From assembly GCA_951406725.2 (NCBI GenBank), contig OX597828.1:69502001-69566000 (forward strand): DNA of 64,000 nucleotides. Reading direction: 5' to 3'. The notes under the pieces were generated by a model, which saw nothing but the letters and a program-made list of their open reading frames with translations, was not told the origin of the DNA and made no database searches. Made by a program: the position numbers and the translations under genes. Positions 45,985-57,885 of the stretch are shown here, one piece after another. Source of the DNA: Octopus vulgaris. Taxonomy: Eukaryota. Every line of letters begins with the position of its first letter. The first letter of the stretch is position 1.

Positions 45985-46462
45985 TTGCAATTATAATAAT
46001 TAAGAAGTCAAGAAACTATCAAAATATAAAAATCTTGAAATGGAAATAAGCCAGACTTGCAGAGTGAAAGTATAATCTGTTGAAATAATAACAATTTTAG
46101 CACAAGGCATGATAATGAAACCATAATGAGTTCCATATGAATTAAAGTTTCATTCCATAAACATTATTGTTTCATTATGGAGATATTTTAGTTTCATTAT
46201 AGTTTCATTATGGTTTCATTATAGCTTTAATGTGGATTCGTAATGATTTTGTAACAGCATTAATATAATCTTACTTGGTTTCCTTATGGCTTCATTATTT
46301 CTTGTTATTGTTTCGTTATATTATCATTTATTTTAATTACGGTTTTGTTATGGTTTCGATATTGTTTCGTTGTGATTTTATTATTCATTACAGGTCCATT
46401 TAGTTTTCTTGTATATATATATATATATACACACACATACTCACATATACATACATATATAC

Positions 46463-46493
<31 letters not shown>

Positions 46494-46629
46494 ACATTGG
46501 TAAAAACGGTAAGATAACAAAAGAAAGACAGAGACCTCAATATTATGTAAATAGAGGAATTTATCTGTAAATCTAATATGTGACAATTATTCGGTAGCCA
46601 AGATAAAACTCTGAGTTTTATATACATTT

Positions 46630-46684
<55 letters not shown>

Positions 46685-47319
46685 TATGTATATATATAAC
46701 TAAACCATTCAAAAACTCTCGAGAGAGAATATATCCAGTTCTAATTTAATGGTAACCTAACCATTAAAAAAAACGTTAATCAACCATAACCAAACTGTAC
46801 TGAAACCACTAAAAAGACATAAACCAGATTATGATTGGACTTTAATGAAATGGTTGAGAACCAGTTGACAAACTGATCTAATTCTAATGGACCTGGTAAT
46901 AAACCATTAACAGACTGTTGTCAATGACCAAACTATAGCTTGACTGTCGTCATCAATGTAGATAGCAGTGGAGGTGGTGGCGGCAGTGTTACTGTCAGCG
47001 TCAGTGTTATTGTTTAATGTTTAAGATCTATACAGGAATGGGTTGGACAGTTTGACAGGATCTGAAGGGTCCGAGAACTGCATCATGCACTGGTATTTGA
47101 TTTAGCGTGGTTTCTATGGTTGGATGCCCTTTCTAAAACCGACCACTGTGCAGTGTGTACTGTGACCAAACTATAACCAGAGAATGACCAAACTACAATC
47201 AAACAATGACCGTTTATTAACCACTTAGTAGCTGGCTCTCATTATTGTATAAGAAGTGTTACGGTCAGCCATTATTCATGAGCAATTTTGACCCAGTAGC
47301 TGTGCCGCACTTACTATTT

Positions 47320-48070
47320 ACTTAAATCCTTTGCTCCTTGGGGTACAAAGCCATTGATGACTTCATCCCCTGTTTTCAACTCTGTGCTCTCTTTTCTGCT
47401 CCTCTTCAGTCAAATCCCTACTATTTTCAGCTTTAACTCAGTACCCCATCTTCATCAGTCTTTAACCCTTTAGCAGTTAAACCGGCCATATCCGGCCCAA
47501 ATATTCTACTGGTTTTATGTCCAAACTGGCCAGATCTGACTTTGCACACTTATCCTACAATGTCATTCTAAGAATAAGCAATCACATCCTCCAAATTCCA
47601 ATGCTACAATGTCTTTGCATGATTAATTCAAAACAATTTGATTATATAAGCATTACATTTGACAGAATAATTTGAATACTAAAGGGTCAAAGCATCCCCT
47701 CTTCTGCTTCTCTTGTGGGTTCCATGTCAGGTCCTGACGTGTAATGCAGGATGTTGGTTTCCTTAAAGGGTTGCCCATCCATCCCCACCAGTGCTCTCAG
47801 CTCTGTTCTTCTACTGGCACCTGCCTCCCTCTTCTGTCACAGCTCACTGTTTCTTACCTTATCAATCCGTCTCGTTTGAACAATACACCCGAGACTGTTA
47901 ACAATGAAGGTCTCATCTTCTATAGTGTCCCTTTGCTCCTTCCCCATGTCTCTGATCCCTAGAGAAGGATGGACTTCTTCACATTAGAGTTAAACATAAA
48001 ATCTGTGCTGTGCTTTTGCTAATTGTTTCAGGAGCCAATGCAGTTATAAACTGATATCAATGCAACCTCT
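47320..48070 (-). mobile_element. Decayed RTE-like LINE 3' fragment interrupted by a TTAA MITE
   Basis: FNSNVK.SILL*GSETW and [31 protein letters not shown]. Confidence 0.8.
47466..47686. mobile_element. TTAA MITE, second copy, opposite orientation to 17463-17681
   Basis: TTAA-CCCTTTAG...CTAAAGGG-TCAA; shared GGCCATATCCGGCC. Confidence 0.85.
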
Positions 48071-48225
48071 CTGTTTCCTACCTATTCACTCAAGAGAACA
48101 TCCAGCCATGTGGTAGAGAGAGAGAGAGGAAGAGAAAGAGAGAGAAGAAGAGAAAGAGGTGGGGCACTAGCACCCAAGCTGATACTCAATGCATCTGTGG
48201 AGAATGGAATAATCAGAACAACAAC

Positions 48226-48258
<33 letters not shown>

Positions 48259-48289
48259 CATAATAATAATCATAATAATAAAACTAATA

Positions 48290-48324
<35 letters not shown>

Positions 48325-48354
48325 AATAATTAAACTAATAATAATAATAATAAT

Positions 48355-48913
48355 AAATGCCCTGATGCAGTACCAGGCAGTGGCTCTTATGGCTTCTGAT
48401 CTTAACTGATTGGAAGTGTTATCATGTACATTGTTTTGTCTTGGTATAAAGGATGGGCTACAGCAAATATTCTGCTCAATACCACAGATTTGCTTGTCAA
48501 TTGTTTGACCTTAACCAGTTGAGCATGTCCCTTAGTGGTTGACGATATGTGCATCTCTGATCACTAGCAGAAGTAGTGGGGAGCCTCATAGCCATGTGTT
48601 GAAAGGAATTCTTTGGGGTTTGGATAATTCACCTTTGGAAACATGGGTGTTTCGCTCAACATTCTTAAACAACCCTTATTTAGTGACCTTTTGAGTGGGA
48701 TGGGCTACTCAACCCGAAGAAAATTCTAACTGGGTCCCACCTGCAAGGTCATGTGCTGTTTATCTTGATATGAGATCACCATGTAGCGCACATATGGTTG
48801 TGATGCATGTGCCTAGTGTACCCTTATCAGACGGGTAGCCATGATGGGTATACTGGGCTTTGTATATTTTAACCCAGTGTCACTTTGATGGCATGCACTG
48901 CTCTCTCATTCAA
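48355..48913 (+). mobile_element. ~560-bp non-coding element embedded in (TAA)n
   Basis: Inverted, 5'-truncated copy at 54196-54655, also ending in (TAA)n. Confidence 0.75.
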
Positions 48914-49639
48914 TTATAATAATAATAATAATATTAATAGTAATCTGTTAACATCCATTGTCCATGCTGTTATGGGTTGGATGGTTTGACAGGAGCTGGC
49001 AAGGCTGGAGAGCTGCACCAGGCCCCAATTGTCTGTTTTGGCCGGGTTTATATGGCTGGATGCCCTTCTTAATGGTTACCTATTTCTTTACTACTCACAA
49101 GGGGCTAAACACAGAGGGGACAAACAAGGACAGACACACGGATTAAGTCAATAACATCGACCCCAGTGCATAACTGGTACTTAATTTATCGACCACAAAA
49201 GGATGAAAGGCAAAGTTGACCTCGGGCACCACCCCATTCAGGAATTGAACCGATCACCTTCTGCATGTGAGCCAAACACTCTCACTGCAGGGCCACCTTC
49301 GCAGTATTGGCTGTGAAGTCGATCCAGTTTGATTTTCTTATTTCAAGGCATTTCCCTTCATTTACATTGCTAATAATGCTTGGTAAAGGCATGAACATCA
49401 CGCACTCTCGTGGCTCCTGCAGTCAGGAATGAGGAGGTCTATAAAGGGTGGGTAATGTGCACTTATTGGTAAGATACCCCTGGTCACTAAAGGTCATCAA
49501 AACTGCCTCTTTTTATCAGTAGTTGGGTGTTGGCTTGTTATATATATTTAGCTTTATCTTTCGGCCAGCAGGTGGCATGTGGTGCAGGGTGCGGGTGGGG
49601 TGAGGGCAATGTTTAACTCTTCCACATTTCATTCCATAC

Positions 49640-49727
49640 CACCACCACCACCACCACCACTGTCACTGCTGCTGCTACTGTTACTACATCTACTACTACT
49701 GCATCTACTACTGCTACAACAACAACA

Positions 49728-49758
<31 letters not shown>

Positions 49759-49790
49759 TGACCTCTACTACCACCACCACCACCACCACC

Positions 49791-49855
<65 letters not shown>

Positions 49856-49874
49856 CACCACTACTACTACTACT
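49640..49874. repeat. (CTA)n/(CCA)n microsatellite
   Basis: Seen directly. Confidence 0.9.
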
Positions 49875-50040
49875 ATACCTTTCTTTAAAAGGTTAATAAC
49901 TGTCAGTGATTGTTAATTAGTTGGTGTGTGTGTGTGTGTGTGTGTATGAGTGGATGTGTGGGATATTCTGGCTTGTATGTAAAGTGTGTTCAGTATAGAT
50001 ACATACATACATACATATATATACACACACACACTCACGC

Positions 50041-50083
<43 letters not shown>

Positions 50084-50279
50084 ATATATCAACCCATGCT
50101 AGCATGGAAAGCGGACGTTAAACAATAATGATGATGATGATGATATATACAGAGAGAGAGAGAGAGAGTCACATACATATAATCATTTGTATAGATATGC
50201 ATATGCACATACATATGCACATGCATATGCATACACAGATGTAAATTACACAACGCAAGATGTTGTCAAGATGTTGTCA

Positions 50280-50995
50280 AGATGTTTTTACCTGATTTGA
50301 AGGTCTTTTGATTTGCTGAATCCATAAATAGGATCCATTTTTTTACCATCATGGCTAGATTTCAGAATATTCAAACCCCACAATCATCAATGGGTGATCT
50401 GTGTGGTTTTTAAGATGGTCAACTTTCTCCTGTGCCAACAAATTAGATATGCCATGTTGGGCAGCAGGGCCAGCGAAAAACATTGGGCGGTCAAAGAATG
50501 GCCACAACAGACATTAGTTCCAGAGCTGATAAAAATCATCCTAGCTTCACTCCATACCAAACTTGGTATTATGAAGCTGTTAAAGATCTGGATAAAGCTG
50601 GACCATCCATTCACTATGTCTGCTATACATTTCCCAGTGTTAACAATGAAAGATAGGAACTTTGTAAAATTATTATTATTATTATTATTAGTGGCACATA
50701 AAAAACACCATCCGAGTGTGGCCGTACGCCAGCCTCGTCTGGCACCTGTGTCGGTGGCACATAAAAAGCACCATCCGATCGTGGCCGTTTGCCAGCCTCG
50801 TCTGGCACCTGAGTCGGTGGCACATAAAAAGCACCCACTACACTCACGGAGTGGTTGGCGTTAGGAAGGGCATCCAGCTGTAGAAATACTGCCAGATCTG
50901 ACTGGCCTGGTGCAGCCTTCGGGCTTCCCAGACCCCAGTTGAACCGTCCAACCCATGCTAGCATGGAAAGCAGACGTTAAACGATAATGATGATG

Positions 50996-51043
<48 letters not shown>

Positions 51044-52372
51044 GGCAGCTGCAACATCATCAGGTGCTCACTGCCTTCTACCAGTCTGGCAATGCAGCTG
51101 CTGGAAGTTCCACTTTAATAACAATGTATACAGAACCAATAATGATGGGCAAAAGTGATGATATTCCTGGGGAAACTCCAGGCACCAAAAAAAGTTAATG
51201 TTTTGGAGGACTTTTGGGTCAGGTATTGATATGGATTACTTGCAGAAATTCCTGACCTGGCAGTGTCACTGAGGGTTTTGAAATAAACTCTACAGGATCA
51301 GAAGTGCTGCTGGAGTATTTGATGGGCCTCAAATCAGAAAATTGATGAAAGATAGGAACTTTGTAAAATTCAATGAATTGCATTGAGGTAGCAGCATGGA
51401 ATTCATTTGTGAAAGATGTAAATGACTTTCTGGGCAGCTACGTTGAAATAATTGCAGCGTGGAAGGTGTTTATAAGCCATTTAAGAAACACAAAAAAACC
51501 CGTTAGATTCACTTCAACATTTAAATTTAATTTGTCAAAATATTTTCATCGCTTTGAGACCGCGACCTGTTCACTGACAAAACTTTGTGCTGCATCTTTG
51601 TCAGTGAACAGGTTGCAGTCTCAAAGCAACGAAAATATTTTGACAAATTAAATTTAAATGTTGAAGTGAATCTAACGGGTTTTTGTGTGTTTCTTAAATG
51701 GCTTATAAACACCTTCCACGCTGCAATTGTTTTCGTTCCAGCACACGATCTCAGATCAAGTCACTTGCTATGTTGAAATAGTCAACAACTTACTGGAGAA
51801 CTTGCAAAATTTGAGAGAAAATATGAGAATAAGGTTGTACTTATCTCCACAGTGACCTTGATATTCTCTGAAAATCTTGGTGACCCAAGTGGCAAGTAAG
51901 GAAAATGTTTCTATCAGGATATAAAATCCATCAGGATATAAAACGCAGGATATAAAATTCAAGGCAGTTGGAACTGGCATTTGATGGTGGACTATTGCTG
52001 GAACTTGGCCCATGGTCTGTCTAAAGTTCATCACTCAAGGAAATCATCCAAAAGCAAATTCTTGGGGAATTAGGCAGAAACAATGGTGGAATTTGTCTGT
52101 AGAATTTCAAGATGTTACTAGTTTTTCAGTAAAATTTCAAGAAAACATGTCTTTGAAGAAAAACCAATTCCTATGTATGTTTATATATTATTCCATGTTC
52201 CTCATAAGCTGTTTTATTAAAAAAAAAACAATGAAATTCTGTGGATCCAGTACCTTAAAATCTCAACTCGATGGTCATACATGGATGTCATTTTCGGATT
52301 CTGTGTGTCAAAAACTCATGGTTGAGGTTGAAGTTTTTTAACAGCTGAGAAAATAAATCTTTTTATTGGCCT
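50280..52372 (+). mobile_element. Chapaev3-like (CMC) DNA transposon fossil with nested insertions; ends approximate
   Basis: WVICVVFKMVNFLL, SRASEKHWAVKEWP, KIILASLHTKLGIMK, AAWNSFVKDVNDFLG, G.CFYQDIK, LMVDYCW; family assignment from recalled motifs. Confidence 0.7.
51451..51766. mobile_element. Fold-back insertion (~130 bp arms plus 38 bp tail) with 14-bp TSD
   Basis: Arms 51450-51581/51597-51728; GCTA(C/T)GTTGAAATA at 51437-51450 and 51767-51780. Confidence 0.88.
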
Positions 52373-52666
52373 CTTTTATACAAATGGAAACTGTGTGGAA
52401 ACCCATCAGATGGGTTATAACTGAAATTCAAAGATCCGCTTTTGGTCACACTTTGTTACACTGTGTTACACTAATGTTACTTGTGACTCGTGTTAAGGAG
52501 ACATGTCTCACTCTAAATAATTTACTAACCTAATCTCTGTCTAACGAACCATTATTATCAGTATCATCATACTGGGGTTGATGTAAACAACAGTCTCCTC
52601 CCACAAAATTTTAGGCCTTGTGCCTATAGTAGAAAGGATTATCATTATTATTATTATTATTATTAT

Positions 52667-54127
52667 TCTATGTTTGACTTTTGCTTTATATTTGTACAAG
52701 TTGGCTCCAAGTTTCACCCAGAGACCTCAAGAGACAACAGGGTTGGAAGTTCATGTTGTTGTTATGCCTAGTGTGCCATATATTTGGGGGGTGGGGATGT
52801 TGTACTAATGAATGTCTAAATAAATTTTTTTTTTTTTTTTTTTTTTTTAAACCGAAAATTATGTTTGTTTTAAACCTTGAGATTACATAGAGAGTATTTT
52901 GCGTAGGATATGAGCAGTTCCCATGAGCACTATCTTTTGAACTTCTGCCATTTTTGGGTTTCCTGGTATCTGAGTTAGGTAGCAATCAGCCCCTTTTGCT
53001 ATCATTCCCAGGGCACCTATGACAACAGGTATTGTTTTAGTCTTCAGCTTCCACATTTTGCTGATTTCTATTTCAAGATCTTTATATTTGCTCAGTTTTT
53101 GGTAGGTCTTGACAGATACGTTTATATCGATTGGGACAGTCATATCAATGAGGAGGCATGTTCTTTGTTTGAAGTTTTTCAATATGATGTCTGGCCTATT
53201 TGCATCTATCTTCCTGTCAGTTTGAATGGTGAAGTTCCAGAGGAGTGAGATGTGGTCATTTTCAAGCACTGGGGGTGGTTTGTGTTCCCACCAGTTTTTT
53301 TCATGGGGCAAATCCAGGTTTTTACAGATTACCCAGTGAATATATTGTGCAGCTCTATCGTGCCTGTTGAGATACTCTGTAGGCGCTAGAAGACTGCACT
53401 TGGAGACCACATGGTCAATGGTTTCATTTTGTTGCTTGCATAGACGACACGTTGGACTGCTTCTGATCTTTAATATGTTGGCCTGGTAGTTTCTTGTTGG
53501 TAGGCATTGATCTTGAGCTGCTATGATAAACCCCTCTGTTTCAGATTTTAAGCCAGAGGCCATTAGCCATTGATGGGTCAGGGCTTTGTCGATATCTGCA
53601 TTATTCGCTCTCTTTGGGTATTTGCCATAGAGAGGTTTTTCTTGCCATTTATTATTCAGAATATCTAAGGCCGCAGTTTTGGCACGGGTTTTCATGCGCC
53701 TAGCTTTTTCTGTGCTTGTTTCTTGTATATCTATCTCTAATTCCGAAATTGGTTGTATTCGGAGTTCACTTAGATATTCCTTTGCCTGTTTTGTGACTGA
53801 GTATGATGCTTTCTTGTTTTCATGTTTTGAGACAAGTTTTAGCATCCAGTCCTCAGAGTTTTTCAGGTAGGTGTCTAGGCCAATTGTAGCAATCTTCATT
53901 GTTATTGCCAGTTGCAAAAGACCACGGCCTCCCTCTTTTCTTGGCAGATAGAGTCGTTCTGTATCTGCCTTAGGGTGGTGCATTCTATGCATTGTCAACA
54001 GTTTCCTTATTTTTCTGTCGAGCTGACATATTTCAGTAATTGACCAGTTAACAATATTGAAACTGTAAGTCATGACTGGTATAGCTAATGCATTGATTGC
54101 TTCGATCCTGTTTCTTGCATTCAGCTC

Positions 54128-54128
<1 letters not shown>
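52667..54128 (-). mobile_element. 5'-truncated R4/Dong-clade non-LTR retrotransposon in (TAA)n
   Basis: RLE-type ORF plus 3'UTR, (TAA)n on both flanks. Confidence 0.9.
52883..54127 (-). CDS. R4/Dong ORF C-terminus: RT thumb, CCHC knuckle, restriction-like endonuclease
   Basis: RLYLPRKEGGRGL, AAQDQ, CRLC...ETIDHVVSKC, RHD, RPD..LID..KLSKY, IGALG; frame open to 54127 (ELNARNRIEAINAL). Confidence 0.92.
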   Translation of the reverse strand, partial: ELNARNRIEAINALAIPVMTYSFNIVNWSITEICQLDRKIRKLLTMHRMHHPKADTERLYLPRKEGGRGLLQLAITMKIATIGLDTYLKNSEDWMLKLVSKHENKKASYSVTKQAKEYLSELRIQPISELEIDIQETSTEKARRMKTRAKTAALDILNNKWQEKPLYGKYPKRANNADIDKALTHQWLMASGLKSETEGFIIAAQDQCLPTRNYQANILKIRSSPTCRLCKQQNETIDHVVSKCSLLAPTEYLNRHDRAAQYIHWVICKNLDLPHEKNWWEHKPPPVLENDHISLLWNFTIQTDRKIDANRPDIILKNFKQRTCLLIDMTVPIDINVSVKTYQKLSKYKDLEIEISKMWKLKTKTIPVVIGALGMIAKGADCYLTQIPGNPKMAEVQKIVLMGTAHILRKILSM

Positions 54129-54188
<60 letters not shown>

Positions 54189-54195
54189 TATTAGT

Positions 54196-54655
54196 ATTGA
54201 GTGAGAGAGCAGTGCATGCCATCGAAGGGTCACTGGGGTTAAATATACTAAGCCCAGTATACCCATCATAACTACTCATCTGATAAGGGTACACCAGGCA
54301 CATGCATCACAACCATATGTGCGCGACATGGTGATCTCATATCAAGATAAACAGTGCATGACCTTGCAGGTGGGGCCCAGTTAGAATGTTCTTCAGGTTG
54401 AGTAACCTGTCCCTGAATAAGAGTCGTTTAAGGATGTTGAAAGAAACAAACCCATGTTTGCAAAGGTGAATTATTCAAACCCCAAAGAATTCCTTTCAAC
54501 ACATGGCTATGATGCTCCCCCATTATTCCTGTTTATGATCAGAGATGCACATATCATCAGCCACCAAGGGTCATGCCCGACTGACTACGGTCAAGCAACT
54601 GACAAGCAAATCTATAGTATTGATCAGATATTTGCTGTAGCCCATATTTTATACT
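54196..54655 (-). mobile_element. Second copy of the (TAA)n-embedded 560-bp element
   Basis: Reverse complement of ~48445-48913. Confidence 0.75.
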
Positions 54656-54664
54656 AAGTCAGTT

Positions 54665-54702
<38 letters not shown>

Positions 54703-54804
54703 TATCATTATCATTATTATTATTATCATGTTTTTTTTCTTCTTTCTTCAAATTTTCTTCCGTTTCTCGCCGAGTGTTTTCCATACACCTAGGGCAGATT
54801 ATTA

Positions 54805-54842
<38 letters not shown>

Positions 54843-55805
54843 GCAGAAATTTTCAAATACTTGAGTCACGTGTGAGTATTTTCAGTAAATGATCACAAAC
54901 CATTATAAAAATCCTAAAAAGGTCTTTGAATCGTTTTTATTAGAATGGAGGAGCATCGTTAAATGTTTGCCGGATTAAAATGTTGATTTGTGGAAGAATC
55001 AGTTTCCTCTGAAATATGATATATCCAGAATGGTAAGATCTCACTATCAGATATGCGTTCCTAGGATTTCATAGTCAGGAGCAGACACGGCTGCAGACAC
55101 AGGCACAAATGTGTGGTTAAGATGCTTGTTTCTCAATGATACATAGCTTCATGTTCAGCTCTCCTGCATGGAACACCAAGGACAAAATTCTTCCACTATA
55201 GCCCTAGGCTGACCAATGCCATGTCAGTGAATTTGGTAAACAGAAAGTGAAAGTAGCCTTTGGTATAAAGTAAAATAAATGTTTCTTTCTCAATCCATGC
55301 CAGGCTCATAAGGGCCAGTTTCCTGGTTTCAGTGGTGTATATATTCCCCACCTGGCTGGGACGCTAGTCATTCACAGGGTTATTCATTTTTGCTAGCTGA
55401 GTGGAGTGGAGCAACGTGAAATGAAGTATCTTGCTCAAGAACACAATGCGTTAACCTGTCCAGGAATTGAAATCACACTCTTACAATCACGAGTCCAACA
55501 CCTTGACCACTAAGGCACATGCCGCCACAGCCTATGGTGTAGATATATATGTGTTTATGTAAGCAAGATCTGATAAAAAAAAGTATTGGAACTATTGCTA
55601 TGACAACCAAGCTGAAGTAAACAGAGTGAAGCCGCTTGACACAGATTGACTTTGAACTCTGTTGCACATCCAGAGTTGTAATGTTCTTGCTCATTTCTGT
55701 TGTTTAGAGCAGAGCCTGGAAGTAAAGTATGCAGAGTGTGGTTGTCTCACCACACCACAGACGTTCCATCAGTGACCATGGCAGTGAAAATGTGTGTGTG
55801 TGTGT

Positions 55806-56103
55806 GGAGGCGCAATGGCCTAGTGGTTAGGGCAGCAGACTCGTTGTCGTAGGATCGCAATTTTGATTCCCAGACCGGGCGTTGTGAGTGTTTGTTGAAC
55901 GAAAACACCTAAAACTCCACGAGGCTCCAGCAGAGAGGTGGTGGCGATCCTTGCTGTACTCTTTTGCCACAACTTTCTCTCACTCTTTCTTCTGTTGGCC
56001 TGCTCACTTAGCCAGCGGGGTGGCATCATTTGAAGGCTAAAACAATGTGAAGCACATTGTGACCAGCGATGTGTAGCAACATCTGATAGCCTGGTCAGTC
56101 ATG

Positions 56104-56108
<5 letters not shown>
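55806..56108 (+). mobile_element. tRNA(Arg)-like SINE, tail type B
   Basis: Close copy at 61162-61458; both end in (TA)n. Confidence 0.85.
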
Positions 56109-56146
<38 letters not shown>

Positions 56147-56232
56147 GAAAGTTATAGAAAAATAAAAGACAAAAACAGGTGTATGAACAACAAGCAAGTG
56201 TATTAGTTTGATGCTTGGGAAGGTGAGAAAGT

Positions 56233-56268
56233 ATTTTACGTTTCGAGCCTATGCTCTTCAACAGGAAG
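56233..56268 (-). ncRNA. Hammerhead-like motif, CUGUUGA variant
   Basis: CTGTTGA-A-GAGC(ATAG)GCTC-GAAA-CG-TA; same element family as 44393-44582; weak stem I. Confidence 0.5.
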
Positions 56269-56345
56269 GAACAAATGGAAATAAACATCGAGAGTATAAA
56301 CAGAAAATAAACAGAGAGATATATGTGTGAACATGTGTATGTATG

Positions 56346-56409
<64 letters not shown>

Positions 56410-56751
56410 AGTATTGCTTTATGGGTAAATTATTCATTTGTTGATCACAGGATTTCTGGCTCAGTCACATGACATGGTACCTTGAGCAAGAATCTTCTAC
56501 TACAGTCTTGGGCTGACCAAATCTTTATGAGTGCATTTGACAGACAAACAGAAACTAAAAGAAGCCTATCAATTATGTATGTATGTCTGTCTGTATGTAT
56601 GTATGTATGTATGTATGTATGTATGTATGTATGTATGTGTGTATGTGTCTATATATGCATGTATATATAGGTATGCCTAGGTTTCAGGTTATTTTAGCAA
56701 ATAAAATAATTTGCTTGTCAAATCCTCATCAGTAACCGTGATTTCTTCTTA

Positions 56752-56793
<42 letters not shown>

Positions 56794-57011
56794 TAAGAAG
56801 AAATCTTGTGGAACAGACGTTATTTTAATGAGATATATATTGTAAATACCTGAGGAGACATACCTGCTCTGACGGATGCACCTAAGCCAGATGTTCAGTA
56901 TTCCACCTATGAGGGATCAATGCTAGATGGATTGAAACAATTCTAGTGATCAATAGGCATTCTCACATTTTCCATCTCTCTCATTAACCATATATATAAT
57001 ATATTTATATA

Positions 57012-57284
57012 TTTTTTTCTCTGTAGTTTCAGCTTAGAATTGTGGCCATGCTGAGGCACCTCCGTTTTACTACATTGTTATTACTGAGAGCCTCCTCCAC
57101 TATGTGAGACTTGGTGAAGAATGGAGTTTGATGTAGCTACCCTCATTTGCACCTCTTGCTGTGAGGTAGGTTCATCTGGGACTCTCAACAGGAAGAGGTC
57201 CAGCCTTGATTTAAAAACACCTACATCTACTTTGTGCAGGTTCCTCAGGCTCTTTGGGAGAATATTAAAAAGCTGTGGGCCCCA
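57012..57284 (-). mobile_element. CR1-group LINE 3' end
   Basis: GPQLFNILPKSLRNL..VGVFKSRLDLFLLRVPDEP..ATSNSILHQ plus short 3'UTR. Confidence 0.75.
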
Positions 57285-57361
57285 ACACCATGGTTCCAGG
57301 TTCAATCCCACTGTGATGGCACCTTGAGCAAGTGTCTTCTACGTTAGCCTGGTATTGGTAG

Positions 57362-57400
<39 letters not shown>

Positions 57401-57808
57401 TGATGGAAACTGAAAATCAAATGGAAATTGTAGTTGTGATCCCCATGCTGGTGGCAGATAAAAAGCACCATCTGAATGTGGCTGATGCCAGTGCCACCAT
57501 GACTAGCTTCCATGCCAGCAGCATGTAAAAAGCACCAACCAATCATGATTGTTGCCAGCCCCATCTGGTCCCTGTGCTGGTGGCACGTAAAAAGCACCCA
57601 CCACACTGTTGGAGTGGTTGGTGTTAGGAAGAGCATCCAGCTGTAGAAACACTGCCAGATCAGACTGGAGCCTGGTGCAGCCCCCTGGCTTCCCAGACCC
57701 CGGTTGAACCGTTGAACCCATGCCAGCATTGAAAATGGACGTTAAACGAGGATGATGATGGAAATATAGCATTAACATAATTTATTATCCGCAAAAATCC
57801 AACGTATT

Positions 57809-57885
57809 CTCTTACAGCTGTTTCGGTTTAGCCTAAAAGATTAAATTACGTAAATCATAATATTAGGCAAAATCTCATCAGAGGG
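57809..57885 (-). ncRNA. Minimal hammerhead motif with canonical core
   Basis: CT-CTGATGA-G..GCCTAA...TTAGGC..C-GAAA-CAGCTG-TA-AG. Confidence 0.7.

Noticed and set aside
49348-49468. Coding exon bounded by AG and GTAAGA
   Set aside because: Stops in all three frames; at most a non-coding exon
55806-55880. Functional tRNA gene
   Set aside because: tRNA-like head continues into a SINE body, with no acceptor stem or Pol III terminator at the expected position
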